64,000 nt of DNA from Heterodontus francisci (taxonomy: Eukaryota), in assembly GCF_036365525.1 (NCBI RefSeq), contig NC_090383.1:6084453-6148452 (forward strand), read 5' to 3'. Positions 27,795 to 39,624 of the stretch are shown piece by piece. The notes beneath the pieces were generated by a model. It saw only the letters and a list, made by a program, of their open reading frames with translations. It was not told the origin of the DNA and did no database searches. The stretch's first letter is position 1. Each line of letters starts with the position of its first letter. A program made the position numbers and the translations under genes.

Positions 27795-29664
27795 AGTAGT
27801 GCCTCCTTTCCCCAAGACTCTCTATATCCCTGCAGATTAAAAAGAAACGTATCATCACACATCCACGCTGTAATGTTTGTATCTGCAGGCAATGGCACCC
27901 TCCTGCCAGGTTCCCCAATGAAAATGGTGCATAGCCTTCATTAGTTATCTCCGTTTTGCTCTTTATTTCTAAACTAATGTTCTCTGCCCTGTGAAGAAAC
28001 AACACGGAATCATAGAATGATACAACACAGTCAAAAAGTAGGTACCAAATAATAAATGATGGTCATTGTCTTCCCCCCGGACTAGTTTCAAATATGTATC
28101 CAATTCTCTATTGAAACTTACTATTGAATCTGTTTGCTAGGTATGTGGAATTTCCCAATGTGATGAATAAGGCTTCACAACTGTATGGCTAGATTGAACA
28201 GCTGGTCTTGTCTCAAGTTTTCACACTTTGCAAAAATCTTGGGACATTTACCCATGTTAAAGATGTACGTTCTAAATAATAGGCCTATTGTGACTCTTCT
28301 GTAAGTTTCTTTTCTTAAAATAAATTTAAACTCATGTTTTTTATCTTTTTGGCAGGAGCCATTATTTACATATTACCAATTATCCCGTGACAGGAAACCT
28401 TTTCTTCAGCCAAATGACCCTCAGAGGGTCGTGAATCCTTGGACTTCTCTTTCCCAGAGGGCTGTGGAGGCTAAGTCATTCAATATTCCAGGCTGAGTCA
28501 TTCAATTCTTGAACTATAGGGGAGTCAAGGGCAATGGGGGACAGGCGGGAGAGTAGGGTTGAGGCCAAGATCAGATCAGCCATGATCTTATTGAATGGCG
28601 GAGCAGACTCAAAGGGCCGTATGGCCTACTCCTGTTTCTATTTCTTATGCACTTGTGATCTAAACTTGCCTCGTCAATCTTTTTAAATCAACCTTCAGCA
28701 CCAACTTAATTCTGTCACTAGATGGTGCTCAGACAACGTCCAAAATTGGATCCAATTGAACTATTTTACGTACCACTATAAAATGTTTCGATATTTGAAA
28801 AGTCTTCAAAATACATTATTCTTTATTGAGTAGAGCAAGTGAATAAGCAATTGGTTAATGTAATTAACCACTCTGTGATGCCTATTTTAACTCAGTCTCC
28901 CACCTGAAATCTACAGGAACTACTATTGGCCGGCAAGCGGGCAGGAGCAAGTTGTTGGCGGACCGAGAGGAACGGTCCCCAGCACTCGGGTAAGTGGTTT
29001 GGGGGAAGGGGAGGCATCAGGAGGATATTGGGGGAGGGGCAGGAATCCTGGCACAGGGGAGGCCCAAGCTTTCCATGTAAGGCTCGGAGACGCACTCCTA
29101 CTTTCCTGTCCACAAGAAACCAAAATATAAATGAAATCAATTTACCTTACGGTCTCTTCTGTCTCTGGCTCCTCTTTCTGTCGGACAAGTATATTTATCA
29201 AGGTGAGGGCTGACAGTATTAAAGAAATGTAATTTAGTTTTCCAATTATATCAAATACTCTGTGAATGGCGCACTTTACATTTAATGTCAGGCCTACAGA
29301 TGACCAATAATTCATTCCAGTCGCAAGTTCAGAACTCCACCCTACCCAATGGCCCAGTGTAACATTTTTATACTTTCCGTATTTGTTTGTTTTCTGAATA
29401 CTGGTTATCTGAATAAATGATAATTCCTACTGAATTTGGAATAATTTGCTGTTGACTTGAGTCCATTAGGATCTTATTTTATTCGACTGCTCCCTTGAGA
29501 GGACAAGGAAGAAAATCAAAGGCAGGAAGATAAAGAATATTAAAGAGTTTGCTTCTCAGAGGGCGGGCTAGATTATCTGGCTATTTTTGCATGAGGGAAT
29601 GGTGCAGAGTGAACCAATTTAGAGGGAAAAAAATAACATTTTAAATAGATTTAAATAGAACAAA

Positions 29665-29902
29665 CTAATAAAAACAAGAAATGCTGGAAATACTCAGCAG
29701 GTCTGGCAGTATCTGTGGAGAGAGAAGGAGAGTTAACATTTCAGGTCAGTGACCCTTCATCAGAACTGGCAAAGGTTAGAAATATAAAAGGTTTTAGGCA
29801 AATAAAGTGGGGGTGGGGCAAGAGATAACAAAACAGAAGGTGTTGATAGAACAAGGTCACAGAGAAACTTGAGTTCAGACAAAAGGTTATCACCTGAAAC
29901 GT
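29665..29902 (-). mobile_element. Penelope-like terminal fragment
   Basis: Reverse complement of the GAAGGGTCACTGACC.GAAA.GTTAACTC...GCCAGACCTGCTGAGT..CCAGCATTTCTTG motif also at 51074-51204 and 55863-55994. The family name comes from recall. Confidence 0.6.
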
Positions 29903-30067
29903 TGGGCTGGATTTTGTTTCCTGCCCGACGTCGGGTTCGGTGAGGAAGGGGAGACTGAAAATCGGAGCGAGAGGGGCCGCGATGGAACCCGATGCTGGGA
30001 TTGCCGGGCCCAATCTTCCTGGCGGAGGGGAAGCTCCATGGCGACCCCTCCGCCACTCTGCAATTTT

Positions 30068-30195
30068 TATTTATTTATTTTTTTATTTAGAGATACAGCA
30101 CTGAAACAGGCCTTCGGCCCACCGAGTCTGTGCCGACCATCAACCACCCATTTATACTAATCCTACATTAATCCCATATTCCTGCCACACCCCCA
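30068..30195 (-). mobile_element. HE1-like SINE 3' fragment
   Basis: TTTATTTAGAGATACAGCACTGAAACAGGCC... Confidence 0.85.
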
Positions 30196-30351
30196 ATTGG
30201 ACCTGACTTAGCATATGTAAATAACATATTTGCATGAATTAAAATCTAAACGGAGCAATCTTATCTTCAGTTCCCGATCCTCAGCCTGATGTACGGCATT
30301 AACGCGCCTTCACTTTCCCGTCCAGGAAAAGCTGCCGCCACCGAGGTGGAG

Positions 30352-30841
30352 AGGGGGTGAACTCTGCACTCTGATGGGGCGAGGGTGAACTCTGCACTCT
30401 GATGGGGCGAGGCTGAACTCTGCACTCTGATGGGCAGGGGGTGAACTCTGCACTCTGACAGAGGGAAGGGGTGAACTCTGCACTTTGACAGGGGGAAGGG
30501 GTGAACTCTGCACTCTGACAGGGGGAAGGGGTGAACTCTGCACTCTGACAGGGGGAAGGGGTGAACTCTGCACTCTGACAGAGGGAAGGGGTGAACTCTG
30601 CACTTTGACAGGGGGAAGGGGTGAACTCTGCACTCTGACAGGGGGAAGGGGTGAACCCTGCACTCTGATGGGGGTGAGGGGGTGAACTCTGCACTCTGAC
30701 AGGGGGAAGGGGTGAACTCTGCACTCTGACAGAGGGAAGGGGTGAACTCTGCACTTTGACAGGGGGAAGGGGTGAACTCTGCACTCTGACAGGGGGAAGG
30801 GGTGAACCCTGCACTCTGATGGGGGTGAGGGGGTGAACTCT
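30352..30841 (+). repeat. G-rich minisatellite, ~30-bp unit GGGGGAAGGGGTGAACTCTGCACTCTGACA, about 16 copies
   Basis: Directly visible tandem array; it produces the repetitive ORFs 30299-30930. Confidence 0.97.
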
Positions 30842-30845
30842 ACAA

Positions 30846-31185
30846 GGGGCGGCACAGTGGTTAGCACCGCAGCCTCACAGCTCCAGCGACCCGGGTTCAA
30901 TTCTGGGTACTGCCTGTGTGGAGTTTGCAAGTTCTCCCTGTGTCTGCGTGGGTTTTCTCCGGGTGCTCCGGTTTCTTCCCACAGCCAAAAGACTTGCAGG
31001 TTGATAGGTTAATTGGCCATTATAAATTGCCCCTAGAATAGGTAGGTGGTAGGGAAATATAGGGACAGGTGGGGATGTGGTAGGAATGTGGGATTAGTGT
31101 AGGATTAGTATAAATGGGTGGTTGATGGTCGGCACAGACTCGGTGGGCCGAAGGGCCTGTTTCAGTGCTGTATCTCTAAACTGAA
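30846..31185 (+). mobile_element. HE1/V-SINE-like SINE, full length
   Basis: GGGGCGGCACAGTGGTTAGCACCGC (A-box), GGTTCAATTC (B-box), core and tail. Confidence 0.93.
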
Positions 31186-32329
31186 AAAAGGTGTACTGTT
31201 TGCAGGGCTGACAGCTTTTTAAAAATGGCGCCAGTACCTGCTCCTTCAACAGGTGATGCTGTGAACGGCGTCCCCAAGGCCACACCCCCCCACGTAATTT
31301 GCTGGGGGGGGGGGGGGGAACGGCTTTGTGAATATGTAAAATGGCCACCAGCTGCTTAATTGCTGCAGCACGGATTCCATGGGTGACTGCCATCGTATTC
31401 CGCACTCGTTGCTCCTGGCAGCAGGAATACAAAATCCAGCCCGGTAATTCTGTTTCTCGCTCCACAGGTACTGCCTGACCTGCTGAACATTTCCAGGATT
31501 TTGTGTCGTTTTTATATTATTTGAAATATACTGGAGTCGGAAACATGTTCTGCTATCATGTTCAGTGTGTTGTTTGGTTCTGTCACGTTTCAAAATTTAC
31601 AAGAATCCAACCGACACTATGGTTGCTCGAGTTGTGTTGTATTTTTAAATATATTACTGAAATTATGTCAGAAAGTAAGCATTTTTCTTTCCTGTTGGAG
31701 TCTGACAATCTCATAGAGACACTAAAACCTGTTTGGCCATGATCTTGTTGCGTGACAAAGCAGGCTCGCTGGGTCTTATGGATTGCTGCTTCTTGTGAGA
31801 TCAGAGCCAAGAGCTGCTCTCCAAATTGAACCATAATGAAGGCTGATCAGTGCGGGGGGAACACGGAAAGTAGCCTTTCCGCTGTGTGCAGTGGTCACAA
31901 GTTCGCAAACAAGCAGCACTGCAGGATTCCATACAAATATACTGTTCACTTTAGCATCTCGACATCTTTACCAGGACAAACCTTTCAGGTTACACGTAAC
32001 ATTGTCACTGTGGCGTAATGAGTTCTTTATGTTGTCTGATGGAACATAAATGAGATGCGCGGAGTGCAGTTATGCTGAAGATTTCTAACAGGTTTATAAA
32101 CAGCTAACAAGTATGTACAGTACAGAGCAAACTATTTACAGAAACTGCCGCTGGGTGTTACAGTTGCAGAGTGACTCAGGCTTGTAGTCACATGACTGTG
32201 TCCTGGTACTCAGCTCACTAGCATACTAAGATTCTAAAGGGATATCACTTTTAAAGGCAATCATACAACATGTGGCACAATGTTGCAGCTTGTTATAACA
32301 CTAAAATGTTGTAGGGGTATAGCGAGTAT

Positions 32330-32770
32330 ATTGGACCTATATTCTCTGAAGTTCAGAAGAATGAGTGATGATCTCATTGAAACATATAAAATTCTTAAAG
32401 GGTTTGACAGGGTAGATGCTGAGAGGCTGTTTCCTTCTGGCTGCACGGTCTAGAACACAAAGTCACAGTCTCTGGATAAGGGGTCAGCTTTTTGGACTGA
32501 GGTGAGGAAAGATTTCTTCACTAGATTTCTTCACTCTGAAGGTTGTGAACCTTTGGAATTCTCCACCCCAGATGTGGATGTTCAGTCATTGAGTATATTC
32601 ACGAGATTGATAGATTTTTGGACACGAAGGGAATCAAAGGATATGGGGATAGGTTGGGAAAGTGGAGTTGAGTCAGAAGAGCAATCATGAAGTTATTAAC
32701 TGTAGGAGCAATTTCGAGGAGCTGCGCGACCTATTCCTGCTCCTATATCTTACTTTCTGATGTTATGTTC
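32330..32770 (+). mobile_element. CR1-clade LINE 3' fragment
   Basis: GAGTGATGATCTCATTGAAACATATAAAATTCTT...; CR1 3'UTR and tail. Confidence 0.8.
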
Positions 32771-33309
32771 TCTTGCCATCGACTGTGCCAAAGATACCTC
32801 TTTCCTCTACCGATTCCAGTGCCGGAGAGCTAACATAACATACATATGTGACAATTATACGATTTTTTTAAAATCTTAGAATGAGACAATGGGAATGAAC
32901 TCAATATAGTATGATTCAAATCTAAAAGAGGCTGAAGTCCCAAGATAACTTTAAAAAATTCACAGCTACTGGTAAACAACAAAAATAATTAAAGAGTGCA
33001 GCCTTGCATCATACCATCTGCATGCTACCTTCCCACTGCAATCAAAACATAATGGCTTGTTTCTGCACTGACTGTTAATTTAAATATAATTAAATATGTT
33101 TTGTGTTTGCAATGTAGACACTGCTTGCTGTATTTAAGTGGAAAACATAGCACTTAATGTGTTGTCAGTTTTATACATTATTGGGACATTCCAGCATTGT
33201 TTCCTACATACAACAGTGACTATTGAACCATTCTTCTTTGACTGTAAAGCACTTTGGGATATCCTGAGGTATTGAAAGGCATTATATAAATAGAGAAGTT
33301 TTACTGCAG

Positions 33310-33897
33310 CAGTACAGGTCTTTGGTGAGACCACATCTGGAGTACTGTGTACAGTTTTGGTCTCCTTATTGGAAAAAGGATATAATTGCATTAGAAGCAG
33401 TTCAGAGAAGGTTCAGTCGGCTAATTGTGGAGATAAAAGGTTTAGCTTATAAAGAAAGGTTGAATAGGTTGGGCCTTTACCCATTGGAGTTTAGAAGAAT
33501 GAGAGGTGATGTTATTGAAAGATCCTGAGGGGACTTGATAGAGTGGATACCGGGAGGATGTTTTCTCTTGTCGGGAGACGAGAACTAGGGGACACAGTTT
33601 AAGAATAAGACATCACCCTTTTAAGACAGAGACGAGGAGAAATTATTTTTCTCAAAGGGTTGTTAGTCTGTGGAATTCTCTTCCCCAGAAAGCAGTGGAG
33701 GCTGGTTCATTGAACTTATTCTAGGCTGAGTTAGATAGATTTTTGATAGACAACCGAGTCAAGGGTTATGGGGGGGGGCAGACAGGAAAGTGGAGTTGAG
33801 ACCACAACCAGATCAGCCATGATCTTATCGAATTGCAGAGCAGGCTCAAAGGGCTGAATGGCCTACTCCTGCTCCTAAGTCCCATGTTCCTATGTCC
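33310..33897 (+). mobile_element. CR1-clade LINE 3' fragment
   Basis: ORF 33322-33528 VRPHLEYCVQFWSPY...LEAVQRRFSRLI; ATGTTCCTATG tail. Confidence 0.9.
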
Positions 33898-34773
33898 ATA
33901 AATGCAAATTTTTCTTGTTTCTTTCTTTAAGGATCCCTTTTATGTACCAACCACATGACATAGGTGAGACTAGGTGATGATATATGTAGAAATAGTGGTG
34001 GTGTTCCTTTAAAGGGATTTCAGTCTCATAGAGGACATGCTGCATTATCCAAGTACATCTTTCCCGTAAAAAATATTCAGTATCATATTTGAAAATTACT
34101 GAAGGAGAAATTTGAGTAGCGGCAGTTTCTCGCATGGCCAAAGATGTCGGCCGGAGGCTCGATCAAAATTGGGGCTCACCTGCACAAAACCGGTGAGCTG
34201 CGGACACTGATTGGATGTTCTAAAGCAGCCTGCCGGTTGTGTCTTGACCTTTGGGCTGTGCATTTGTGCAACTGACAGCAACTGCTTCCGTTCAGGTGTA
34301 ATGTCTGTCAGGTGCTAATGTTGGATGGAGGTTAGGAACAATTGTACATATTAGCGACAGCAGCCATCTGTTCCTTACAACTGTTGTCTTGATGTAGTTG
34401 ACCACACACATACACACACATACAGATAAATCAAAGTAAGCACTCTTTAATTTTGCTTGAATATGTTTTTGCATCATATGAGAGCTTCAGAGTACGTAGA
34501 TTATTTGCACATTATGGATAACTCATGGTTTGTGTATATAGTGAAATTCAACCATAAAGACATCTAAGTAAATTATTGACATTCATGTTATAAGCAAACT
34601 TGCAGCAAATCCACTGTCATCCCTACATTGTAAATCTAACAAATACAGGTCTCCTTGTAACATTAATCCACTAGTTGTTCCTAAACTCATGTGGAACCCA
34701 CATTTGATCGAAAGATTAAATGCTTTATAACCAGCTATCTCGCATAAATGGAAAATAAATGAATTTCCAATAG

Positions 34774-34779
34774 TTTATT
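34774..34779 (-). terminator. Putative OTOR polyadenylation signal AATAAA
   Basis: TTTATT on the plus strand about 220 nt downstream of the OTOR stop codon. Confidence 0.45.
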
Positions 34780-35000
34780 AAAAAGGTCATTGTCACCATA
34801 GAAAGGTACAAAATGGGTGACTTAGATAATCTTTCCTACTAGTCTTCAGTGTGTGGCATTGCATGTGGACTATCATTTCTTAGAAATGTAACAACTAAGG
34901 CTCCTAGCAGCAATAAACTAAAACAGATCTTCTCAATTAAGTTGCAATTTGTTCCACATTTTTTCTTTGATCGCGCCGTTTGACAAGTAGATCATTAACA

Positions 35001-35024
35001 TTAGTCACAGTAGAAGTCAATAGC
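35001..35024 (-). CDS. OTOR: Otoraplin exon 4 (AIDFYCD*)
   Basis: Acceptor ttccactcag|GCT ATT GAC TTC TAC TGT GAC TAA; matches the MIA-family C-terminus DIDFFCE; phase 0 after exon 3. Confidence 0.92.
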   Translation of the reverse strand, partial: AIDFYCD

Positions 35025-35769
35025 CTGAGTGGAAATTTTAAAAAAAAACATCAGATTCTAAAACCAATTAATTACGACATCCTTAAACCCTGTCATTATG
35101 AAACATCAGTCAGTAATTAAGAAAAATACAGGGTCATTATAAGACAAATCAATCAAAGCATTGCCACATCAGTCAGGATAGCTATAAGATGCTTAAATAC
35201 AATGCAAGAAAGAGTTTTCTTAGCAAGAATGTGCACGGAAGAAATGTTATCAGCCATATTTGAAGTTATATTGAACAATTTATGAATAGATTAACATGAG
35301 ATGGAGGTCTTGCATGTTATGACACACACCATGTATTTTAGTAATTATAACTTATATTGAAACGTTTGCATATTTTGCAGTATCTATTGAAAACACACCA
35401 CATTTCAGGCAAAGGCAGCGATCCTGATTGTAAAGAGTCAAGCAAATTAAGTGCAGATTAACCCATTTTTAAAAAGTCCAAGCAGTTGAGGGAAGTCTCA
35501 CATTTAAAAGAATATCCATTAAAAATATTAATTGCAATTGTTGGTGTGGCTATAACATATATTGTTAACTTTTGTTAAATCAGATTGCTTTTACAAATAA
35601 ATCCAATTACGCTTCTCTCATGTCTCTGTTTTTATGCTTTCACAGACAACAAAACCATATTAATTTCTCAGCTGTGCATTCATTATTTCATCACCTATCT
35701 AAAATACTTTTGAGTTATGCTGGGAAAAGCATAAAAATATTTAATAAAAACAGAAAGTGCTAATATACA

Positions 35770-36591
35770 GGGCTGAATTTTACTAGCCCTCCACGGCGGG
35801 GGGTCATGGTGGGGGGCGGGGGCAGAGAATTATTCCGGGAGAGGCCTACCATGAGCCCCGACGCCGAAAGGCCCTGCCGCATTTAACCAGGGGCTGCGAG
35901 GCCTCGGTGCAGCCCCCTTGCCACTCAGTGGCCAGGCCTTCATTTGCCTAATAAAAGTTATGCAAACACATGTTAATAAACTTATCTAGACCGGGCGGCC
36001 ATCCCATGCCAATATTCTGGTCGGTGGCCGGAAGTCTCGTGCCTTCCGATCTGCGTTTGGGGATTCAAGGCCTTACACTGGTGGGGAGAGGAGATGAGTT
36101 TAATTTTCAGATGGGGAGGGAAATGGAGGAGGCTTATTCCATTAATTGAAGGGATAGTGGGAAGGGGTTGAAGGGGAAAGATCATAAAGTTTGGGAGAAA
36201 GGTCAGGACTGGCAAAAATGTTTTTTTGTGGGGGGAGGAGAGGGAAATAAATTTATTGGTTGATGATTGGGAGGGGTGGAAGAAGGGCTTTGATGTGTAC
36301 TCTAATGTTTTTATTTAAATTAAAGGTAATGTTCCCTTTAAAAATTTTAATTGCCGGTAAGGACTTGCAGCCCTTTAAAAATGGCGCCTGCGCAGAGGCT
36401 CTGCACGCCATTGCTGGGTATGGAGCAACCGTCCCCTCTACATCATCGGGGGCGGTCATTCCGCCCCTTCCATTTAAATGAGCCCCCGCGCGTAATATCG
36501 CGGGGGCTCAGCAATGGCATTTCCGCGCGGGGAGACCGTCAAGATCAGAGCGTTCCGCTGTGATTTGCGACACGCTCATGAAATTCAGCCC
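35770..36591 (-). mobile_element. Harbinger-type MITE in OTOR intron 3
   Basis: TIR GGGCTGAATTT...AAATTCAGCCC; body is an inverted relative of 8737-9557. Confidence 0.85.
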
Positions 36592-37049
36592 ATAACTTCG
36601 TCAGCACAAAGGCATAGAAATTCCATTATTTGGGGCAAAACTCCCAAATAGTACAGTGGTCTTATCATCATCAATCCCAAATGCTAGCAGCTGAGTAATT
36701 AACATATCTTGGGAGGGTGCTTGCACCAGTAGTGACACTACAGGAGCACCAGTCCAACAGAACTAGTGGGACTTTACAGAGGAATATAGAAATAGGAGTA
36801 GGCCAATCAGTTCCTCAAGCATATTCTGCCATTTAATGAGGTCATGGCTGATTTGCATCCTATCTCTGCGATCTCCTCCAGCTCCACAACCCTCCAAGAT
36901 ATCTGCGCTGCTTTAATTCTGGCTCTTGAGCATCACTGATTTTAATCGCTCCACCATTGGTTGTTGTGCCTTCAGCTGCCTGGGCCCTAAGCTCTGGAAT
37001 TCCCTCCATAAACCTCTCTGCCTCTCTACCTCACTTTCCTCCTTTAAGA

Positions 37050-37844
37050 AAGAAAGTAGGAGCAGGAGTAGGCCATTCGGCCTTTCGAGCCTGCACCGCC
37101 ATTCAATACAACCATGGCTGATCATCCAAACTCCGTACCCTGTTCCCACTTTCTCCCTGTATCCCTTGATTCCTTTAGCTCTAAGAACTATATCTAACTC
37201 TTTCTTGAATATATTTAATGATTTGTCCTCAACTGCTTTCTGTGGTAGGGAATTCCACAGATTCACCACTCTCTGGGTGAAGAAATCCCTCCTCATATCA
37301 GTCCTAAATGGCTTACCCCTTATTCTTAGATTGTGACCCCTCATCCTGGACTCCCCCACCATCGGGAACATCCTTCCTGCATCTAGTCTGTCCAGTCCTG
37401 TTAGAATTTTGTAGGTTTCTATGAGATCCCCTCTCATTCTTCTAAACTCTAGTGAATACAAGCCTAATCGACCTAATCTCTCTTCATATGTCAATCCTGC
37501 CATCCCAGGAATCAGTCTGGTGAACCTTCGCTGCACTCCCTCCATAGCAAGAACATCCTTCCTCAGATAAGGAGACCAAAACTGCAAACAATACTCCAGG
37601 TGTGGTCTCACCAAGGCCTTGTATAATTGCAGCAAGACATCCTTGCTCCTGTACTCGAATCCTCTCGCTATGAAGGCCAACATACCATTTGCCTTCTTAA
37701 CTGCCTGCTGCACCTGCATACTTACTTTCAGCGACTGGTGCACAAGGACACCCAGGTCTCGCTGTACCCCCCCACTTTCCCAATCTATCGCCGTTCAGAT
37801 AATAATCTACGTTTCCATTTTTGCCACCAAATTGGATAACCTCA
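37050..37844 (-). mobile_element. CR1-clade LINE inserted in an L2 3' end (about 36870-38010)
   Basis: ORF 36913-37743 with CR1 RT C-terminal motifs; 9-bp TSD CCTTTAAGA at 37041-37049 and 37845-37853. Confidence 0.93.
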
Positions 37845-38134
37845 CCTTTAAGACACTCCATAAAACCTATATCTTTGACCAAGCTTTTGGTCAGCTGACC
37901 TAATATCTCCTTATGTGGCCAGTGTCTTAGTATATTTTACAATGCTCCTGTGAAGCACCCTGGGACGTTTTATTATATTAAAGGTGATATATAAATATAA
38001 GTTATTGTTGGGGGTGTACAGAGAGTAATCTAGACAGGAGAGATAAAAATATATTCTAAAAATTGTTGTGAAGGAGTTAAAATGTTAACTCTCACTTTAT
38101 GGATGTTTGTGAAAGCCATCAATGAAGTACTCAC

Positions 38135-38248
38135 AGTGGTGGGAAGTTCCACTGTTGTGTTCTGGAATACATGTTGCTCGGTGATCATAGTGCTGGGGAA
38201 ATAACCTACGATACCCATCTGATCCTCGAACTGATGATCACTGTAAAT
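38135..38248 (-). CDS. OTOR: Otoraplin exon 3 (IYSDHQFEDQMGIVGYFPSTMITEQHVFQNTTVELPTT)
   Basis: Acceptor ttggcag, donor gtgagt, 114 nt; GYFP motif of the SH3-like MIA domain. Confidence 0.96.
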
Positions 38249-38362
38249 CTGCCAAAGGAGAGCCAAGATCTTAATGTGAACTAGGCCATCACACACAAAG
38301 AACCTGCAAATTATCACTGAAAAGCTTGCGTTCCATTTTCTATGTAAAATGCACTGACTTAC

Positions 38363-38502
38363 ACTGCCAGACCAGAACTCGCCACCTTGACGTTCCCGTA
38401 CCAGTTTGGAGTACACGTACATCAACTGTCCTTCCTTAAGGTTTAGAAACCTGCAGTCTGGCGCATTGTAATCATCAACTACCTGGCCAACTGAGATAAC
38501 AT
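38363..38502 (-). CDS. OTOR: Otoraplin exon 2 (YVISVGQVVDDYNAPDCRFLNLKEGQLMYVYSKLVRERQGGEFWSGS)
   Basis: Acceptor cctttcag, donor gtaagt, 140 nt; DYNAPDCRF, YVYSKL and EFWxGS are MIA/OTOR motifs. Confidence 0.97.
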
Positions 38503-39503
38503 CTGAAAGGCAAACCATATATTTTACCTGAACTCCCCTAGAACGTCTAAAAGATTTTCAAATATCTTTCACCTTAACTCAAAGTGAATGCAATGACAAC
38601 TTGTGAAACTTAGCCCATATAAAATATGTGCTGCATTACTATTACAATGCCTCAGTGGGTAAGGGCAAACCTAGGGCAGATATTTAAGCTGATCTGAATT
38701 TGGTCTGCCTTCATCTTTTCTTTAAAAATTCATTATGGCACTGTCAAAAAAAAATCACAACGTAAAATCCCTAAAGCCTGACTTTAAAATTTTCAAATAT
38801 TGGCAGTGAGACCAGGGTAAGACTGACATCTGCATAGTGCAAACTTGAATAAGCTCAGATTTCTTTTCAAATGGTAGAATTTGTACTTCTCGGGTGGCAG
38901 GAGTCCTGGATCGGGGATAGTTTTTTCATTTATTATTAACTTCTGCAGGGAAATAGTCTCTGTAATTGATCACCTCTGGCTCAAAGATGTTGTGCACTTT
39001 GAAAGGAAACAAATATCTGAATGGAGGCCAGTTTCAATGCTTTGTAGAAAATAACATTTTGGAGAAGCTTGATACGAAGTAATAGTAATAGCAGAGAACT
39101 GGACAATATCAAAGGGTCACATATTGAAATCCTATGCGAACGTGCCTCGTAGGGTGAGTTGGGCGGTGTAACACTTAAATATGCCAATTTAGGAGAAAGG
39201 AAAACTGGTATGATTTGGTTCGCTATGTATTCTGCGTTGACTGCTAAAGGAGCAGTATTAACTGTGTCTAAAAAAGTACTTTTTTAAGCCTGGTGTGCTG
39301 TTCCAGTGAAGAAAGATTTGTACTTCAGGGTAGTAACAGCTGTGGAAAATATGTGAGAACATATTAAAAATATGATCAAACTTTCAATAGCTGCTGAATG
39401 TAGAATATATTAATGTATTAGCAATAACAATGAACGTGTATATATAGGAAACTTAAATGTTTTTTTAGGTTCCCTTCCTGAAAAGTGAAAAAAATCTACT
39501 TAC

Positions 39504-39624
39504 AAATACACTCCTCGTCAGCACAGACTTTCTTCTTTGCAAGTTTGTCCATGAAATCTGCTTTTGCAACTTGTGTTAAGCCAAGTAACAAAAGTGGAAA
39601 TAGACAACAGGCAAGCTGTGCCAT
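39504..39624 (-). CDS. OTOR: Otoraplin exon 1 (signal peptide plus FMDKLAKKKVCADEECI)
   Basis: AAAATGG Kozak context, hydrophobic signal peptide, OTOR-like MDKLA.KK.CADEEC and a phase-1 donor gtaagt. The four exons sum to 399 nt (132 aa plus stop). Confidence 0.96.

Larger units (their letters stand above)
29904..31442. mobile_element. Harbinger-type MITE containing two SINE insertions and a minisatellite
   Basis: TIR GGGCTGGATTTTG (29904) and CAAAATCCAGCCC (31430-31442); internal AAAATGGCGCC motif. Confidence 0.75.

Noticed and set aside
30846-30920. tRNA-like A/B boxes
   Set aside because: These are SINE heads, not complete tRNA genes.
30299-30930. Long repetitive ORFs (VRVQSSPLPP / SECRVHPFPL) and a CRISPR-like appearance
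   Set aside because: They are translations of the minisatellite plus SINE; there are no unique spacers and the DNA is eukaryotic.
32009-32270. Short TG...CA LTR-like segment (similar one at about 3369-3587)
   Set aside because: No convincing TSD or paired copy; too weak to call.
38030-38518. 162-aa ORF as a single-exon gene
   Set aside because: It is OTOR exons 2 and 3 read through an in-frame 114-nt intron.
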